A stretch of 64,000 nucleotides of DNA from Oscillospiraceae bacterium (GCA_017409205.1 JAFQTF010000026.1:1275-65274); one strand, 5' to 3'; positions 50,139 to 59,175 are shown, numbered from the stretch's first letter. Notes: generated from the sequence alone by a model not told the origin. Numbers and translations are program-made.

Positions 50139-51956
50139 TTAGAACAAGCAGTCCACCCGGTAGTGCTCCAGCCAGAAATTCACCTGCAGCAGCCATGCCA
50201 TGACCTGGGGACGGCGCATCAGCTGACCATACCAGGGCCATGAATGATCCCCTTCCAGATAGGCTGTCACGCTGCTGCGGCGTACCAGATGAAACAGCGG
50301 CACCTGTTTCTGCGCCAGCAGCCCGGCAAGTTTCTGCTCCATCAGCTTCTCGTACCGGGGATCATGGGTTTTGGGATAGGGACTCTTTTTGCGGAAGAGC
50401 ACCTGTTCCGGCAAAACGTCCTCCATGGCCCGCCGCAGGAGGCCCTTTTCCCGGCCCCCCAGATCCTTGAACTGCCAGGGAACACCATACAGATACTCCG
50501 CGATCCGATAATCACAAAAGGGCACCCGTACCTCCAGAGAGGCGTACATGCTCATCCGGTCTTTCCTGTCCAGCAGCGTCTGCATGAACCACCGGAAATT
50601 CAGGTTCACCATTTCTTTCATTCGCCGCTCCAGCGGTGTATTCTCCGGAAGAATATCACTCTCCCGGCAGGTTTTGTAATAGGCATCCATGACGAAGGCC
50701 ACAGGATCCTGCTTCAGATCGGGACCCAGCATGGCTGCTCTGTCCTGAGTATTTTGCGCCCAGGGAAACCCTTCCAGAGAGCGGACTTCCGGGTCCCGGT
50801 ACCAGGGATATCCGCCGAATATTTCATCGGCACATTCTCCGGAAAGCGCCACCTTCACACTGCTGCGGATCTCCCGGCAGAAGGCCAGCAGGGAAAAATC
50901 CACATCCGCCATTCCGGGCATGTCCCTGGCCAGAGTCGCCTCCTCCAGGGCTGCCGCCAGCTGCTCCGGGGTCAGTACCGTCCAGTGGTGTCTGGAACCC
51001 ATCTCCTGCTGCATGAGCCGGATATAACCGTCATCGGAATCGGGCTGGAATTTGCTGGTTCTGAAATACAGCTCGTTATTCAGATAATCCAGAGAGAAGG
51101 TTTCCAGTTTCTTCCCCTCCCGGTCCATCTGCTGTGCGCAGACGGCACTGATAATGCTGGAATCCAGACCACCGGACAAAAACGTGCCGATGGGCACATC
51201 CGAGACCATCTGCCGCCGGATGGCATCCATTACCAGTGTGCGTACTATGTCGATGGTTTCCGTCAGAGAATCCCGGTGCTCCCGGTCACGAAGCTGCCAA
51301 TAGCGATTTACCGTCAGTCTGCCGGCTTCATAAACCGCCATGCACCCCGGTTCCAGTTCGAAAATGTCATGGAACACACCACTTCCGGGAAGGCGTCCCG
51401 GCCCCAGCATCACGATCTGCATGGCTCCGGCTTCATCCAGACAGGCCTTCATGGTCGGATAACACAAGATGGTTTTCATTTCCGATGCAAAGATCAGACC
51501 ACCTGCATGAAGGGTATAAAACAGAGGCTTCACACCGATCCGGTCCCGGGCGAGAAACAGCCGCCTTCCCCTTTCTTCCCAGACCGCAAAGGCAAAAATA
51601 CCGTTGAACCGTTCCAGACATCCACTGCCCCACTGGGCATAGCTGTGGAGCACCACCTCCGTATCGGAATGGCCGCAAAAGCTATGACCGAGGGCGAGCA
51701 GCTCCCGGCGCAGTTCCTCTGTATTATACAGCTCCCCGTTGTAGACCAGAGTATAGTTCTCCCCTGGCCAGCAAAGCTCCATGGGCTGCTGTCCGCCCTC
51801 CGGGTCAATGACCGCCAGACGGCTGTGCAGCAGGGTGCATCCGGGAAAACGTCGGATCCCCCGGCCATCGGGGCCTCTTCTCTCCATGGTTTTCAGCATT
51901 TTATCCAGTGTCTGCTGCTCCGCTTCAAGATCCAGCAGTCCGGCAATGGCGCACAT
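50139..51956 (-). CDS. asnB: Asparagine synthase (glutamine-hydrolysing), AsnO-like
   Basis: N-terminal MCAIAG, RGPD, NGELYN, LSGGLDSS, SGECADE, EVRVPF. Confidence 0.94.
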   Translation of the reverse strand: MCAIAGLLDLEAEQQTLDKMLKTMERRGPDGRGIRRFPGCTLLHSRLAVIDPEGGQQPMELCWPGENYTLVYNGELYNTEELRRELLALGHSFCGHSDTEVVLHSYAQWGSGCLERFNGIFAFAVWEERGRRLFLARDRIGVKPLFYTLHAGGLIFASEMKTILCYPTMKACLDEAGAMQIVMLGPGRLPGSGVFHDIFELEPGCMAVYEAGRLTVNRYWQLRDREHRDSLTETIDIVRTLVMDAIRRQMVSDVPIGTFLSGGLDSSIISAVCAQQMDREGKKLETFSLDYLNNELYFRTSKFQPDSDDGYIRLMQQEMGSRHHWTVLTPEQLAAALEEATLARDMPGMADVDFSLLAFCREIRSSVKVALSGECADEIFGGYPWYRDPEVRSLEGFPWAQNTQDRAAMLGPDLKQDPVAFVMDAYYKTCRESDILPENTPLERRMKEMVNLNFRWFMQTLLDRKDRMSMYASLEVRVPFCDYRIAEYLYGVPWQFKDLGGREKGLLRRAMEDVLPEQVLFRKKSPYPKTHDPRYEKLMEQKLAGLLAQKQVPLFHLVRRSSVTAYLEGDHSWPWYGQLMRRPQVMAWLLQVNFWLEHYRVDCLF

Positions 51957-52009
51957 GATCCACCACATCCTTTCCATCCCCATATCCTATGCGGCGGTTT
52001 TCCGGATTT

Positions 52010-52037
52010 GCATATTATTTTTCCTTCCGGGTATGCT
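52010..52037 (+). promoter_or_regulatory. Putative sigmaF/G-type promoter
   Basis: GCATA-15-GGTATGCT. Confidence 0.5.
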
Positions 52038-52053
52038 ATGGACGGTGATGAAA

Positions 52054-52482
52054 ATGAAAACAGGGAAAGAAATCTTATCCTCCGTACTGAAAACCACCCA
52101 GATGGGTCAGGTGGGTATCCGCAGCGTGCTGGATGCCAGTGTGCGCCCCGGCCTTCGGGCTGCACTGGAAGATCAACTGAAGGAATATGACAGCATCGAA
52201 ACCGAAGCCCATACCATTGCCGGCCAGCGTGGCTGGGAGCTTCGGGAGCTGGAACCTGCCGCCCGGTTTCTGGCTGACCGATGGAGCCGCATGAAGCTGA
52301 ACAGGGGCGACTGCGATTCCAGAATTGCAGATATGATGATCCAGGGAAACACCAAAGGCATGGTAAAGGGTCTGCGAAATCTGCATCAGTATCCCAATGG
52401 GGATGACCGGATCGCCACCATTTCCCAGAAGCTCATCGACTGTGAAACTGCCAATATCCGTCAGATGCGGCAGTTTCTATAA
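52054..52482 (+). CDS. Conserved helical hypothetical protein, probably sporulation-related (ferritin-like)
   Basis: Amphipathic helices (QMG..GI; IADMMIQGNTKG); forespore-type promoter upstream; start 52048 or 52054. Confidence 0.7.
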   Translation: MKTGKEILSSVLKTTQMGQVGIRSVLDASVRPGLRAALEDQLKEYDSIETEAHTIAGQRGWELRELEPAARFLADRWSRMKLNRGDCDSRIADMMIQGNTKGMVKGLRNLHQYPNGDDRIATISQKLIDCETANIRQMRQFL

Positions 52483-52572
52483 GAACAGGTGTCATGCGCC
52501 GGGATACGGGTATCTTTCTGTGATGACAGGATCCCGGCGCTGCCGCTGCGCGTACGCCATGCCACGGAATTG

Positions 52573-52601
52573 TCACAAAGTCTGCCTCTGCTGCATAGAC
52601 T
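52573..52601 (+). promoter_or_regulatory. Putative sigmaK/sigmaE mother-cell promoter for the sleC-like operon
   Basis: TCACA-16-CATAGACT. Confidence 0.5.
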
Positions 52602-52628
52602 ACCCGAGAACCCGAAAGGAGGGATTCT

Positions 52629-53009
52629 ATGAGCGCCACGGGCTACATACAGGTTCGTGCCTACGAAAGCTACGCCCAGATCCCACTGGAGGATGTGGCC
52701 ATCGCCATCACAGCTGCCGACGGCACCGCCATTGCCATGGGACTGACCAACCGGAACGGCAGAATAGAACCGGTGGAAATTCCGGTTCCGGATCTGGCGG
52801 ACAGTCAGACACCGGATCCGCCGGAACGGCCCTATGCCACGGTGAATCTTTATGCCCATTTACGTGGCTATGAACAGGTGGAGGCCGAAGATCTGCAGGT
52901 ATTTCCGGGCATCACAACGCTTCAGGAGCTGCAGATGATCCCCCTGTCAGAGCTACCCGGAGCATGGAATCAGAGCGCGTTCTTTGATACGCCGCCCCAG
53001 AATCTATAG
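52629..53009 (+). CDS. Stand-alone SleC N-terminal pre/pro-like domain
   Basis: G.IQV..IP..V.I..TN.NG...P....SQ.P..RPY....GY......QVFPG.T..Q...MIP pattern resembling the SleC N-terminus (recalled, not searched); AAGGAGG RBS. Confidence 0.75.
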   Translation: MSATGYIQVRAYESYAQIPLEDVAIAITAADGTAIAMGLTNRNGRIEPVEIPVPDLADSQTPDPPERPYATVNLYAHLRGYEQVEAEDLQVFPGITTLQELQMIPLSELPGAWNQSAFFDTPPQNL

Positions 53010-53019
53010 GAGGTATGCC

Positions 53020-54246
53020 ATGCCGCCAGTCATTCCCACCATTCCCCAGCGGATCACGGTGCATCTTGGGCCGCCCAATTCCGATGCGGAAAATGTCACT
53101 GTGGATTTTGTCGATTACGTAAAAAATGTTGCATCCAGCGAAATATATCCCACATGGGAGGAAAGCGCCCTGCGGGCCAATATCTACGCCATTGTCTCCT
53201 TCGCCCTGAACCGGGTATACACCGAGTGGTACCGCAGCCGGGGATACGACTTTGATATTACCAATTCCACTGCATACGACCAATATTTTGTCAAAGGCCG
53301 GAGTTATTTTGACAGCATCGTCCGGATCGCAGATGCGCTGTTCAACGATTATCTCCGGCGGCCTGGTTTTGTGGAACCTCTGGCAGCCAAATTCTGCAAC
53401 GGCACCACCGCAACCTGCGAAGGCCTGAGCCAGTGGGGCAGTCAGAATCTGGCACTGCAAGGCTACAACACCACCCAGATCATCCGCAGCTACTACGGGA
53501 ATGTGGAGATCGTCAGCAATGCGCCCGTAGCAGGCATTACCAGCTCCTATCCCGGTAGACTGCTGCGCCGGGGCACCACAGGCCCCGGCGTGGTGACCAT
53601 CCAGACAGAGCTGAACCGCATCTCCCAGAGCTATCCCGCCATCCCCAAAGTCAATCCGGTGGATGGGATCTTCGGAGCCAAAACAGAAGCCTCCGTCCGG
53701 AAATTTCAGGAGATATTCGGGCTTGAAACAGACGGCATCGTAGGGCCCGCCACCTGGTATGCCCTGGTGCGGCTGTATGTGGCAGTCAATTCCCTGGCAG
53801 AGCTGCGCAGTCAGGGCCAGCGATTCTATGCCAACTCCTGGGCAACCAGCGATCCCATCGAATTCGGCGACCGGGGTATCAAGGTGGAGCATCTGCAGTA
53901 TATGCTGTCTGTACTGGCTGCCTACATTCCCCAGATCCCCAGGCTGCAGGTGGATGGTATTTTCGGGCCTGCCACCAGAAGCGCCGTCATTGCAGCGCAG
54001 CAACGGTTTGGCCTGCCTGAGACCGGTATTGTCAATTACGATACCTGGGACGAAATATACGACCAGTTTTCCGGCATCGAAACAAGTGCCTGGCGTGATC
54101 CGCAGGATTTCCCCTATACCAATGCCATTCTGACCGGAACGCCCCCCAGAGCCCGGTATGCCGGAACCACGACCATGACCCAGTTCCCCGGAAGCGACCT
54201 GTCCGCGGGTAATCAGGACCCTGTTCGTCAGGAGGTGGTGCGATGA
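53020..54246 (+). CDS. sleC: SleC-like spore cortex-lytic enzyme (SpoIID/LytB catalytic domain plus peptidoglycan-binding domains)
   Basis: YVKNVASSEIYPTW, ALNRVYTEWYR, TNSTAYDQ, LSQWGS; two PG_binding_1 repeats (DGIFG..T). Confidence 0.88.
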   Translation: MPPVIPTIPQRITVHLGPPNSDAENVTVDFVDYVKNVASSEIYPTWEESALRANIYAIVSFALNRVYTEWYRSRGYDFDITNSTAYDQYFVKGRSYFDSIVRIADALFNDYLRRPGFVEPLAAKFCNGTTATCEGLSQWGSQNLALQGYNTTQIIRSYYGNVEIVSNAPVAGITSSYPGRLLRRGTTGPGVVTIQTELNRISQSYPAIPKVNPVDGIFGAKTEASVRKFQEIFGLETDGIVGPATWYALVRLYVAVNSLAELRSQGQRFYANSWATSDPIEFGDRGIKVEHLQYMLSVLAAYIPQIPRLQVDGIFGPATRSAVIAAQQRFGLPETGIVNYDTWDEIYDQFSGIETSAWRDPQDFPYTNAILTGTPPRARYAGTTTMTQFPGSDLSAGNQDPVRQEVVR

Positions 54247-54776
54247 GGCCCCAGGAGTCCTTTATCGGTCAGCCCATCCGCAGTCTGCAGACCATGCTGC
54301 GGGCCATCGCAGAGGAAGATCCGGGTTACCGGCAGATTGTTCCTGACGGCATTTACGGCCCGGAAACCGTTTCCGCTGTCACGGTCTTCCAGAAGCGGCA
54401 CGGTCTGCCTGCCACAGGCATAACAGACCAGGCCACCTGGGAGGCTGTTGCCGCCCGGTATGAACCTGCAAGGATCAGCCGGGCGCATGCCCATCCCCTG
54501 CATATCCTGCTGAATCCCGGTCAGATCCTGCGACGGGGAGAACGGCATCCACACCTGTATCTTGTGCAGGGTATGCTGACTGCCCTGGCAGAGGCTTACG
54601 GCAGCATCCCATCGCCGGCGGCTACCGGTATTCTGGATGATGCAACTGCCGACGCACTGGCGGCTTTTCAGCAGCTGAGCCGTCTTCCCATGACCGGCCA
54701 TCTGGATAAAGTGACGTGGAAACACCTGGCACTGCAATATCCGCTGGCAGCAGAGGTATTGATATCCATCGGATAA
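54243..54776 (+). CDS. Peptidoglycan-binding domain protein
   Basis: Two PG_binding_1 repeats (DGIYGPET..AV..FQ...GLP.TG). Confidence 0.85.
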   Translation: MRPQESFIGQPIRSLQTMLRAIAEEDPGYRQIVPDGIYGPETVSAVTVFQKRHGLPATGITDQATWEAVAARYEPARISRAHAHPLHILLNPGQILRRGERHPHLYLVQGMLTALAEAYGSIPSPAATGILDDATADALAAFQQLSRLPMTGHLDKVTWKHLALQYPLAAEVLISIG

Positions 54777-54900
54777 AAGTATGTACAATCCGTTAACTTT
54801 TCAGGATATGGCAGTTCATCCCTTGAATAAACAGGCAAAAGTGTCTATAATATAGCCACTGCGGTATCGAATACCGTGATACCATCGGAGGATACGACCC

Positions 54901-55482
54901 ATGTTTATCAAAAACTGGAAAACGGAGATCCTGACCATTCCCAATCTGCTGAGTCTGTTCCGTCTGGTTCTGATTCCCGTTTATGTATATATTTATCTTA
55001 ACGCTGTGGAGCGCCATCAGTTTTACCTTGCCGGCATGATCATGGCTGTTTCCTGTCTGACCGATGCAGTGGACGGAAAAATTGCGCGGCACTTCAACAT
55101 GGTCTCCACCGTGGGAAAGATCCTGGATCCGCTTGCCGACAAGGTCACACAGTTTACCCTGACGCTGTGCCTGAGCCTGAAATATCCGGTGCTGAATCCG
55201 GTTCTGGTGCTGTTCGTCATTAAGGAAGCTTTCCAGGCAGTGGTCGGACTTGTATATCTGCGGCGGGGACGTATGCTGCCCGGTGCGCTGATGGCCGGCA
55301 AGATCTGTACCACCGTTCTCTTTGTCAGTCTCATCACGCTGGTCCTGTTCCCTGACATGAATCCTGCTCTGGTGGATGCCATTGCCATGACTGACGGTTT
55401 ATTTCTGATGATCTCCTTTATCAGCTATATTCTGGCCTATTACGGAAAAAACGCAAAGGTTCAGGATGTGAATATGGAATAA
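54901..55482 (+). CDS. CDP-alcohol phosphatidyltransferase (PgsA-like)
   Basis: TIPNLLS..R, D..DG..AR......GKILDPLADK. Confidence 0.92.
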   Translation: MFIKNWKTEILTIPNLLSLFRLVLIPVYVYIYLNAVERHQFYLAGMIMAVSCLTDAVDGKIARHFNMVSTVGKILDPLADKVTQFTLTLCLSLKYPVLNPVLVLFVIKEAFQAVVGLVYLRRGRMLPGALMAGKICTTVLFVSLITLVLFPDMNPALVDAIAMTDGLFLMISFISYILAYYGKNAKVQDVNME

Positions 55483-55485
55483 CCG

Positions 55486-55515
55486 AAGCCGCTGTCCCGG
55501 GACAGCGGCTTTTTT
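55486..55515 (+). terminator. Intrinsic terminator
   Basis: aagccgctgtcc/ggacagcggctt followed by T run. Confidence 0.82.
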
Positions 55516-55519
55516 CACG

Positions 55520-55665
55520 AAAAAAATGCAGCGGCTCAAAACGAACCGCTGCAAAGATCATCATTTTTTCCATTTCCTGCAGATCTGATGTCACACAGGG
55601 TTTACCGTCGGGTTATCCGCAGATATTTCCGCGGCATCGGCTCCCTCATCAGGATCTTGTTTGTA
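55520..55665 (-). ncRNA. Candidate structured non-coding RNA (about 145 nt), family unassigned
   Basis: Extended -10 TGGTATAAT at 55671-55679 (minus strand); nested stems; own terminator at 55520-55553; no RBS-preceded ORF inside. Confidence 0.5.
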
Positions 55666-55776
55666 TCCTTATTATACCAGATACATCCGGCGATTGATGA
55701 AGAATTCTTGAACGCCGCGAAAAGAAATTATGTACAAAAAGAAAACACCGCCCCAGGCGGTGTTTGTTTCTTTTGA

Positions 55777-56214
55777 CTAGGCAGGATAGAGATTGCTGAT
55801 AAGCAGCAGCACAGGCAGGATCAGGGTAAAGATGCTGACCGCCCAGGGATACAGCGCCTTGCGGGAGGTAAACATCAGCACAAGGCAGGCTGCTGTCACC
55901 GCGAGGGGGGCCGTAACTGCCAGCTCCCGGCTGATCATCACAGCAAACTCACCGTTGGACAGCAAATTCAATCCCACCTGCTCCGGCAGGTGCTTTCCAT
56001 TATATGCTGCCAGCTTCAGGGCATAATAGGCCACCGGAATGGCAAGAAATACAGAACGCAGACGATACACACACATCACCAAAATACCGATGACGCGCTT
56101 GATCCTGGAATATACGGAGCCTTCGGACTGAATGCCCTCCTGCAGGTCGGCATTCACTTTTTTCCATCCGGCAGTCATTTCAGCCAATTTTCCCATATTG
56201 AACCTCCGGGACAT
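55777..56214 (-). CDS. Hypothetical membrane protein
   Basis: Several hydrophobic segments; GGAGG precedes the second Met (56196), the probable start. Confidence 0.7.
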   Translation of the reverse strand: MSRRFNMGKLAEMTAGWKKVNADLQEGIQSEGSVYSRIKRVIGILVMCVYRLRSVFLAIPVAYYALKLAAYNGKHLPEQVGLNLLSNGEFAVMISRELAVTAPLAVTAACLVLMFTSRKALYPWAVSIFTLILPVLLLISNLYPA

Positions 56215-56373
56215 GGATTTTTGCTATCATAGCACATTTTTAAGACTGTTGCAAGCAGAGATGACAGACGCAAGAAAGAATTATGACTTTTCCGAACAAA
56301 CATTCAACAGTCCGTTTTATTGTACAGATCCTGTTGTAAACTGTCCTTACAGAAAACAAAGGAGGACAACCAG

Positions 56374-56532
56374 ATGAAACACAGAAAAAACCGCTGCGCT
56401 ACCCGCCAGCCCATGTATCCCAACGCCGCCGATCCCCGCTATTTTCAGGAAAAATCCATGAATATCTTTGCCGCCATTCTTTCCGGAACCGGTGCACTGA
56501 CTGCCATGCTGTTTTTTGTGACCATGGCCTGA
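56374..56532 (+). CDS. 52-aa small protein with C-terminal hydrophobic helix
   Basis: AAAGGAGG RBS; stop codon abuts the convergent coaX stop. Confidence 0.6.
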   Translation: MKHRKNRCATRQPMYPNAADPRYFQEKSMNIFAAILSGTGALTAMLFFVTMA

Positions 56533-57303
56533 TCAGTTTCTGATATTCTCGGCGTAGAGTTCAGCAAGACCCTTCAGCAGCAGATCCTTGTCATACAGGA
56601 TGGGGGTACGGCACATGGGCAGAACAAATTTGGCAATGCCGCCGGTGGCGATCACGGTGGTCTTTTTACCCAGCTCTGCCTCCATCCGCTCTACCATACC
56701 ATCGATCATGCAGGCATGGGCCAGCATGATGCCGCTGCGCATACAGTCGATGGTATTGCGGCCGATGGCCTTTTTCGGGGCATCCAGCTGCAGGCCCGGC
56801 AGCAGTGCCGTGCCGTTGGTCAGGGCATCCAGAGAGATCTTCACGCCGGGACTGATACTGCCGCCGATAAACGCGCCGGTTTCATCCAGAACCATCATCG
56901 TGGTTGCTGTGCCCATATCGATGACAATCATAGGGGGGTTATGCTCCCGCAGAGCCGCCACAGCCCCCACAACCAGATCAGCGCCGGTCTGGGAGGGGTT
57001 CTCCACCTTGATATTCAGTCCGGTTTTCAGGCCCGGACCCACCACCAGAGCCGTCTTGCCGGTCAGCTTTTTGATGGCGGTCTTGATGGAGTTCAGCACC
57101 TGAGGCACAACGGAGGCCACGATGGCGCCCTCCAGAGAGGAAACCGTCACCTCATAAATATCCAGAATATTTTTCAGATCGATACAATATTCATCCGATG
57201 TCTTGGTGACATCGGTGCGGATGCGAGCCTCAAAGATAATCTCCTGTCCCTCCATGCCGCCCAGAACAATATTGGAATTACCGATATCCACTGCCAGAAT
57301 CAT
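56533..57303 (-). CDS. coaX: Type III pantothenate kinase
   Basis: VDIGNSN, ASVVP, GAD, IDMGTAT, ATGG. Confidence 0.94.
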   Translation of the reverse strand: MILAVDIGNSNIVLGGMEGQEIIFEARIRTDVTKTSDEYCIDLKNILDIYEVTVSSLEGAIVASVVPQVLNSIKTAIKKLTGKTALVVGPGLKTGLNIKVENPSQTGADLVVGAVAALREHNPPMIVIDMGTATTMMVLDETGAFIGGSISPGVKISLDALTNGTALLPGLQLDAPKKAIGRNTIDCMRSGIMLAHACMIDGMVERMEAELGKKTTVIATGGIAKFVLPMCRTPILYDKDLLLKGLAELYAENIRN

Positions 57304-57797
57304 AGCATTTCCTCCAGATCCGCCTGCCGCAAAATACGGCAGGCCTTTATTTTTCCATTTTCCACTTCCATCAGTCCGGCGCTGCCCCCGCCATAGCCGC
57401 AGGAGCCGGGATTCAGGACCCAAAGGCCGTCCTCCTCCTGCCGACAGTCAGCCACATGGGTATGCCCGTACAGCGCCGCCTGCGCCCGGCAGGCCCGGGC
57501 ATCCCGCAGAAGGGTCCCCAGATACATTTTTACATTGTGCTTATGACCGTGGGTCATGTACAGCTCCACACCGCAGACACGATGGCACAAAATCTCCGGA
57601 ACATGGGGTGGACAGCGGTAGCGGTCACAGTTTCCCGGTACCTGAAAGAAAGAGATGTGGGGATAGTCCTCTTTCAGTGCTTCACCGTCATCGTAATAGT
57701 CACCCAGATGTATGATGGCATCCGGCTTCACCGCATCCACACAGTCATACATGAACCGCAGGGCGGAATGAGAATCCGATAATACAAGAATTTTCAT
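57300..57797 (-). CDS. YfcE-type metallophosphoesterase
   Basis: SDSH, HLGD, GNCD, THGH, GHTH, NPGS. Confidence 0.92.
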   Translation of the reverse strand: MKILVLSDSHSALRFMYDCVDAVKPDAIIHLGDYYDDGEALKEDYPHISFFQVPGNCDRYRCPPHVPEILCHRVCGVELYMTHGHKHNVKMYLGTLLRDARACRAQAALYGHTHVADCRQEEDGLWVLNPGSCGYGGGSAGLMEVENGKIKACRILRQADLEEML

Positions 57798-57856
57798 GTT
57801 ATTTCGTCCCTTTAGTATTTGTATGAAAGGATTATATCATACAATACACGATATTG

Positions 57857-58735
57857 CTACTGTTCCTCCCGGTTTTCCAGAGTCACTTCCCGGAAAAATT
57901 TCCGTTTTTCCGAGGGGGTGCAGCCATAGATCTCCTTGAAATACTGGCTGAGCATCTTCTGGTCCTTAAATCCGTGGCGTTCAGCGATCTCACTGATGGG
58001 ATCCTCACTGATCTCCAGCTCCCGACAGACAGCGGTTGCCCGGACCTGATACAGATACTGCAGATAGCTGACACCCATATTCTTTTTGAACAGGCGGCAG
58101 AAATACTCCTTGTTCAGTCCCATTTCCCCACAGGCCCAGTCCAGAGAAAGCTCTTCGCTGTGGTTCAGCTGGATCTGCTCCAGAAGAGGCTCCAGACGCT
58201 GCATATCGCTGCGCTGCAGACTCCGCTCCTCCACCGGCATGGCCTGCGAAAAATATTTCACCAGAATGGCGGCGGCAGCAAAAAGCCGGGACTGCTGCTC
58301 CAGCCGGTAGGCCTGGGGATTTTCCTTCGTCTGACGGAGGATCTCCTGCATGTGCACCATCAGCTGGGCATAGGCATTGGCCTTTGTCTGATCCTCAGGA
58401 TCAAAGGCAAGAGAGAACTGCAGCTGATCAAACTCCGGTACATACAGGCACATCCGGCTGGGCAGGATGTGGACACACAGATATACCGCATCCCGGCTGC
58501 ACCGGGTCTCGTGCACCTCATGAGAGTTGATAAGATACAGATCGCCAGGCTTGGCGCGAAGGGTCGAATTTTCAAACTTGCAAGTAACCGTACCCTTGAC
58601 GAACAGCAGAAGCTCGATGGCCTGGTGCCAGTGGGGCGGCGTATAGGCGCTGAGACGGTTTTCATACTTGATTCCAAAGCCGGTCTGGTCCAGATCAGCC
58701 AGGAGCTTATGTTGGTAGTTTTGCACAATAAACAC
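57857..58735 (-). CDS. AraC family transcriptional regulator (cupin sensor plus double HTH)
   Basis: PHWH..IEL cupin domain; YFCRLFKK..G, IAERHGF...FKEIYGCTP HTH region. Confidence 0.93.
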   Translation of the reverse strand: MFIVQNYQHKLLADLDQTGFGIKYENRLSAYTPPHWHQAIELLLFVKGTVTCKFENSTLRAKPGDLYLINSHEVHETRCSRDAVYLCVHILPSRMCLYVPEFDQLQFSLAFDPEDQTKANAYAQLMVHMQEILRQTKENPQAYRLEQQSRLFAAAAILVKYFSQAMPVEERSLQRSDMQRLEPLLEQIQLNHSEELSLDWACGEMGLNKEYFCRLFKKNMGVSYLQYLYQVRATAVCRELEISEDPISEIAERHGFKDQKMLSQYFKEIYGCTPSEKRKFFREVTLENREEQ

Positions 58736-58800
58736 CCTTTTTTCGAACTTTTCAGATTCACAATTCGTTCACAAAGTCAATATCTTCCTAATCTAAGTCA

Positions 58801-58839
58801 ATTATACCACTTTTTGCCCCCAAGTCAAGGTGCTATAAT
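58801..58839. promoter_or_regulatory. Back-to-back overlapping sigmaA promoters (araC-like gene / micropeptide operon)
   Basis: Minus: TTGACT-16-TATAAT with extended -10 (58828-58801); plus: TGCTATAAT at 58831-58839 with no good -35. Confidence 0.65.
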
Positions 58840-58943
58840 ACCCCCACTTCGCAGGACAGCCCAACATGCTGCGCCATGCAAGTTCAATTTACAAAAAATT
58901 CACGAACGTTCTGTTCGCCCTATAGAAAAGGAGGTATTTGACT

Positions 58944-59039
58944 ATGTCCATGAAGGAATCCGTAAAGAACTACTTCAAAGAAGTTATGGTCGAATGCGGC
59001 CGTATCATCGAGATGGATGGCCGCATCTGCCACATGTAA
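58944..59039 (+). CDS. Micropeptide 1, 31 aa: MSMKESVKNYFKEVMVECGRIIEMDGRICHM (not in ORF track)
   Basis: AAAAGGAGGT RBS; gap-free similarity to micropeptide 3. Confidence 0.75.
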   Translation: MSMKESVKNYFKEVMVECGRIIEMDGRICHM

Positions 59040-59082
59040 TGCACCGTCCGTTCACCCCGCGCCAGTAAAGGAGGTTATCCCG

Positions 59083-59175
59083 ATGGCTAAACTGTACTAC
59101 GAAAAGCATGGCTATCCCGATGTTCTGGTGGAAATGAGCCTGATCACCGGCCTGCGCCAGTGCACCATGCTGTAA
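59083..59175 (+). CDS. Micropeptide 2, 30 aa: MAKLYYEKHGYPDVLVEMSLITGLRQCTML (not in ORF track)
   Basis: AAAGGAGGT RBS with normal spacing. Confidence 0.7.
   Translation: MAKLYYEKHGYPDVLVEMSLITGLRQCTML

Noticed and set aside
52496-52540. 10-bp inverted repeat gcgccgggat/atcccggcgc with a 25-nt loop
   Set aside because: No U tract, no recognisable riboswitch motif and no second copy in the window; at most a weak terminator or stabilising hairpin
58902-58917. CGAAC-gttct-GTTCG resembling a Firmicute LexA box upstream of the micropeptides
   Set aside because: Spacer is 5 nt rather than the canonical 4 (GAAC-N4-GTTC), so SOS control is not supported
57854-59068. 404-aa plus-strand ORF overlapping the AraC gene and micropeptide 1
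   Set aside because: Antisense shadow of the AraC gene that runs through the promoter region; no RBS or protein features
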